Part shown: positions 13,689-14,121 of the stretch, one piece after another | How positions within the stretch are numbered: position 1 is the first letter of the stretch | How the letters are laid out: the number at the start of each line of letters is the position of its first letter | From: a virus | Strand: one strand, 5' to 3' | IMG/VR virus record: IMGVR_UViG_3300042731_008053 | Length of the DNA: 14,121 nt | Notes under the pieces: model-generated | What the model was told of the DNA's origin: nothing | The model's database searches: none | The model's input: the letters and a program-made list of their open reading frames with translations, nothing else | Made by a program: the position numbers and the translations under genes

Positions 13689-13731
13689 CCGCCACGTCGT
13701 ACCTTCTAGTACGGCGTGGCGGTTTCCTTTT
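13689..13731 (+). terminator. Rho-independent terminator for the 12889..13599 transcript.
   Basis: ccgccacgtcgtac / gtacggcgtggcgg forms a 14-bp stem with one G-U wobble and a cttcta loop. It is followed by tttcctttt. Confidence 0.6.
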
Positions 13732-13868
13732 CAGCAACCCTTCAGCGAAGCGGTGCTCTGCTCGTTCCTGAAGCGGTTGTTCGAGACTGGAATACGCCCG
13801 CTGTCGAGCTGCGCATGCAGCTTGGTGACCTTGACGTGGCGCTGCGGACGTATATGCAGCGCTGGAAG

Positions 13869-14121
13869 TCACGCGGCAAGGTCGTGGTACCAAAGTTTTT
13901 GCGCGGCCTGGTAAAGCTCCCGACGCGGATCGACGTTGACGTTGTTCCTCTCGACGAGGATCTGCGTCGCCGTCAGACGGTTATCCCATGCAATGACGTC
14001 ATCCGCTTTGAGGGCGTCGTGCGCCGCGAGCATAACGGCCTTCGTGTTGCTGTGCCGATGCCCTGGGTTCGAGGCGCGGCAGCAGCCCAATGGCCCACCA
14101 AACTCAACGCTCGTATTGCTT
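13869..14121 (-). CDS. 3' end (84 codons) of a minus-strand gene that continues beyond the right window edge. Hypothetical.
   Basis: Open frame from the edge with high GC3: ...FGGPLGCCRASNPGHRHSNTKAVMLAAHDALKADDVIAWDNRLTATQILVERNNVNVDPRRELYQAAQKLWYHDLAA*. Convergent with the 12889 gene. Confidence 0.55.
   Translation of the reverse strand, partial: SNTSVEFGGPLGCCRASNPGHRHSNTKAVMLAAHDALKADDVIAWDNRLTATQILVERNNVNVDPRRELYQAAQKLWYHDLAA

Noticed and set aside
13636-13893. 85-aa minus-strand ORF in the 13600-13868 spacer
   Set aside because: The product is Arg-rich. It overlaps the hairpin and terminator structures. There is no RBS.
1-14121. tRNA, rRNA, CRISPR arrays, IS elements, integrase
   Set aside because: I saw no cloverleaf-like conserved tRNA boxes, no spacer-repeat arrays, and no DDE, tyrosine or serine recombinase motifs. 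Absence is by eye only and should be confirmed with tRNAscan-SE, Infernal and ISfinder.

Overview
This 14.1 kb window is high-GC (about 60% by eye). Gene organisation is bacterial: compact operons, strong AAGGAG/GGAGA Shine-Dalgarno sites, and repeated ATGA or TGATG stop/start overlaps. About 25 protein-coding genes lie in seven strand-alternating blocks: minus 102-3750, plus 3851-8308, minus 8309-9843, plus 9904-10568, minus 10614-10778, plus 10998-13599, and minus 13869 to the window edge. I found no rRNA, tRNA, CRISPR, transposase, integrase, replication, terminase or ATPase genes.

The recognisable genes are: a CX5R dual-specificity phosphatase; a transglutaminase-like cysteine peptidase with a weakly hydrophobic SAR-like N-terminus, interrupted exactly at its catalytic Cys by a full-length Hint plus LAGLIDADG intein; an excisionase-family HTH protein; and a CxxC...CxxC zinc-ribbon protein.

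Everything else is ORFan material of an unusual kind. At least ten proteins end in a single G/A-rich (GxxxG-like) transmembrane helix followed by a short basic tail (VY-x-RK/RR), several with Pro/Thr-rich stalks. Three tandem paralogs share a conserved C-terminal two-helix membrane hairpin (IHGYKRN...FPVITP.VALAQGF). One 429-aa protein has a signal peptide and a C-terminal anchor and looks spike-like. One protein carries three CITPGNPPGC Cys repeats. A beta-rich protein with a strong SD and a strong intrinsic terminator looks highly expressed.

My reading is that this is an accessory or mobile region, most simply an undescribed membrane-protein-rich virus, prophage or surface-display island, possibly a lipid-containing virion. 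I cannot confirm family assignment without database searches. Long antisense ORFs in the track are high-GC artefacts.
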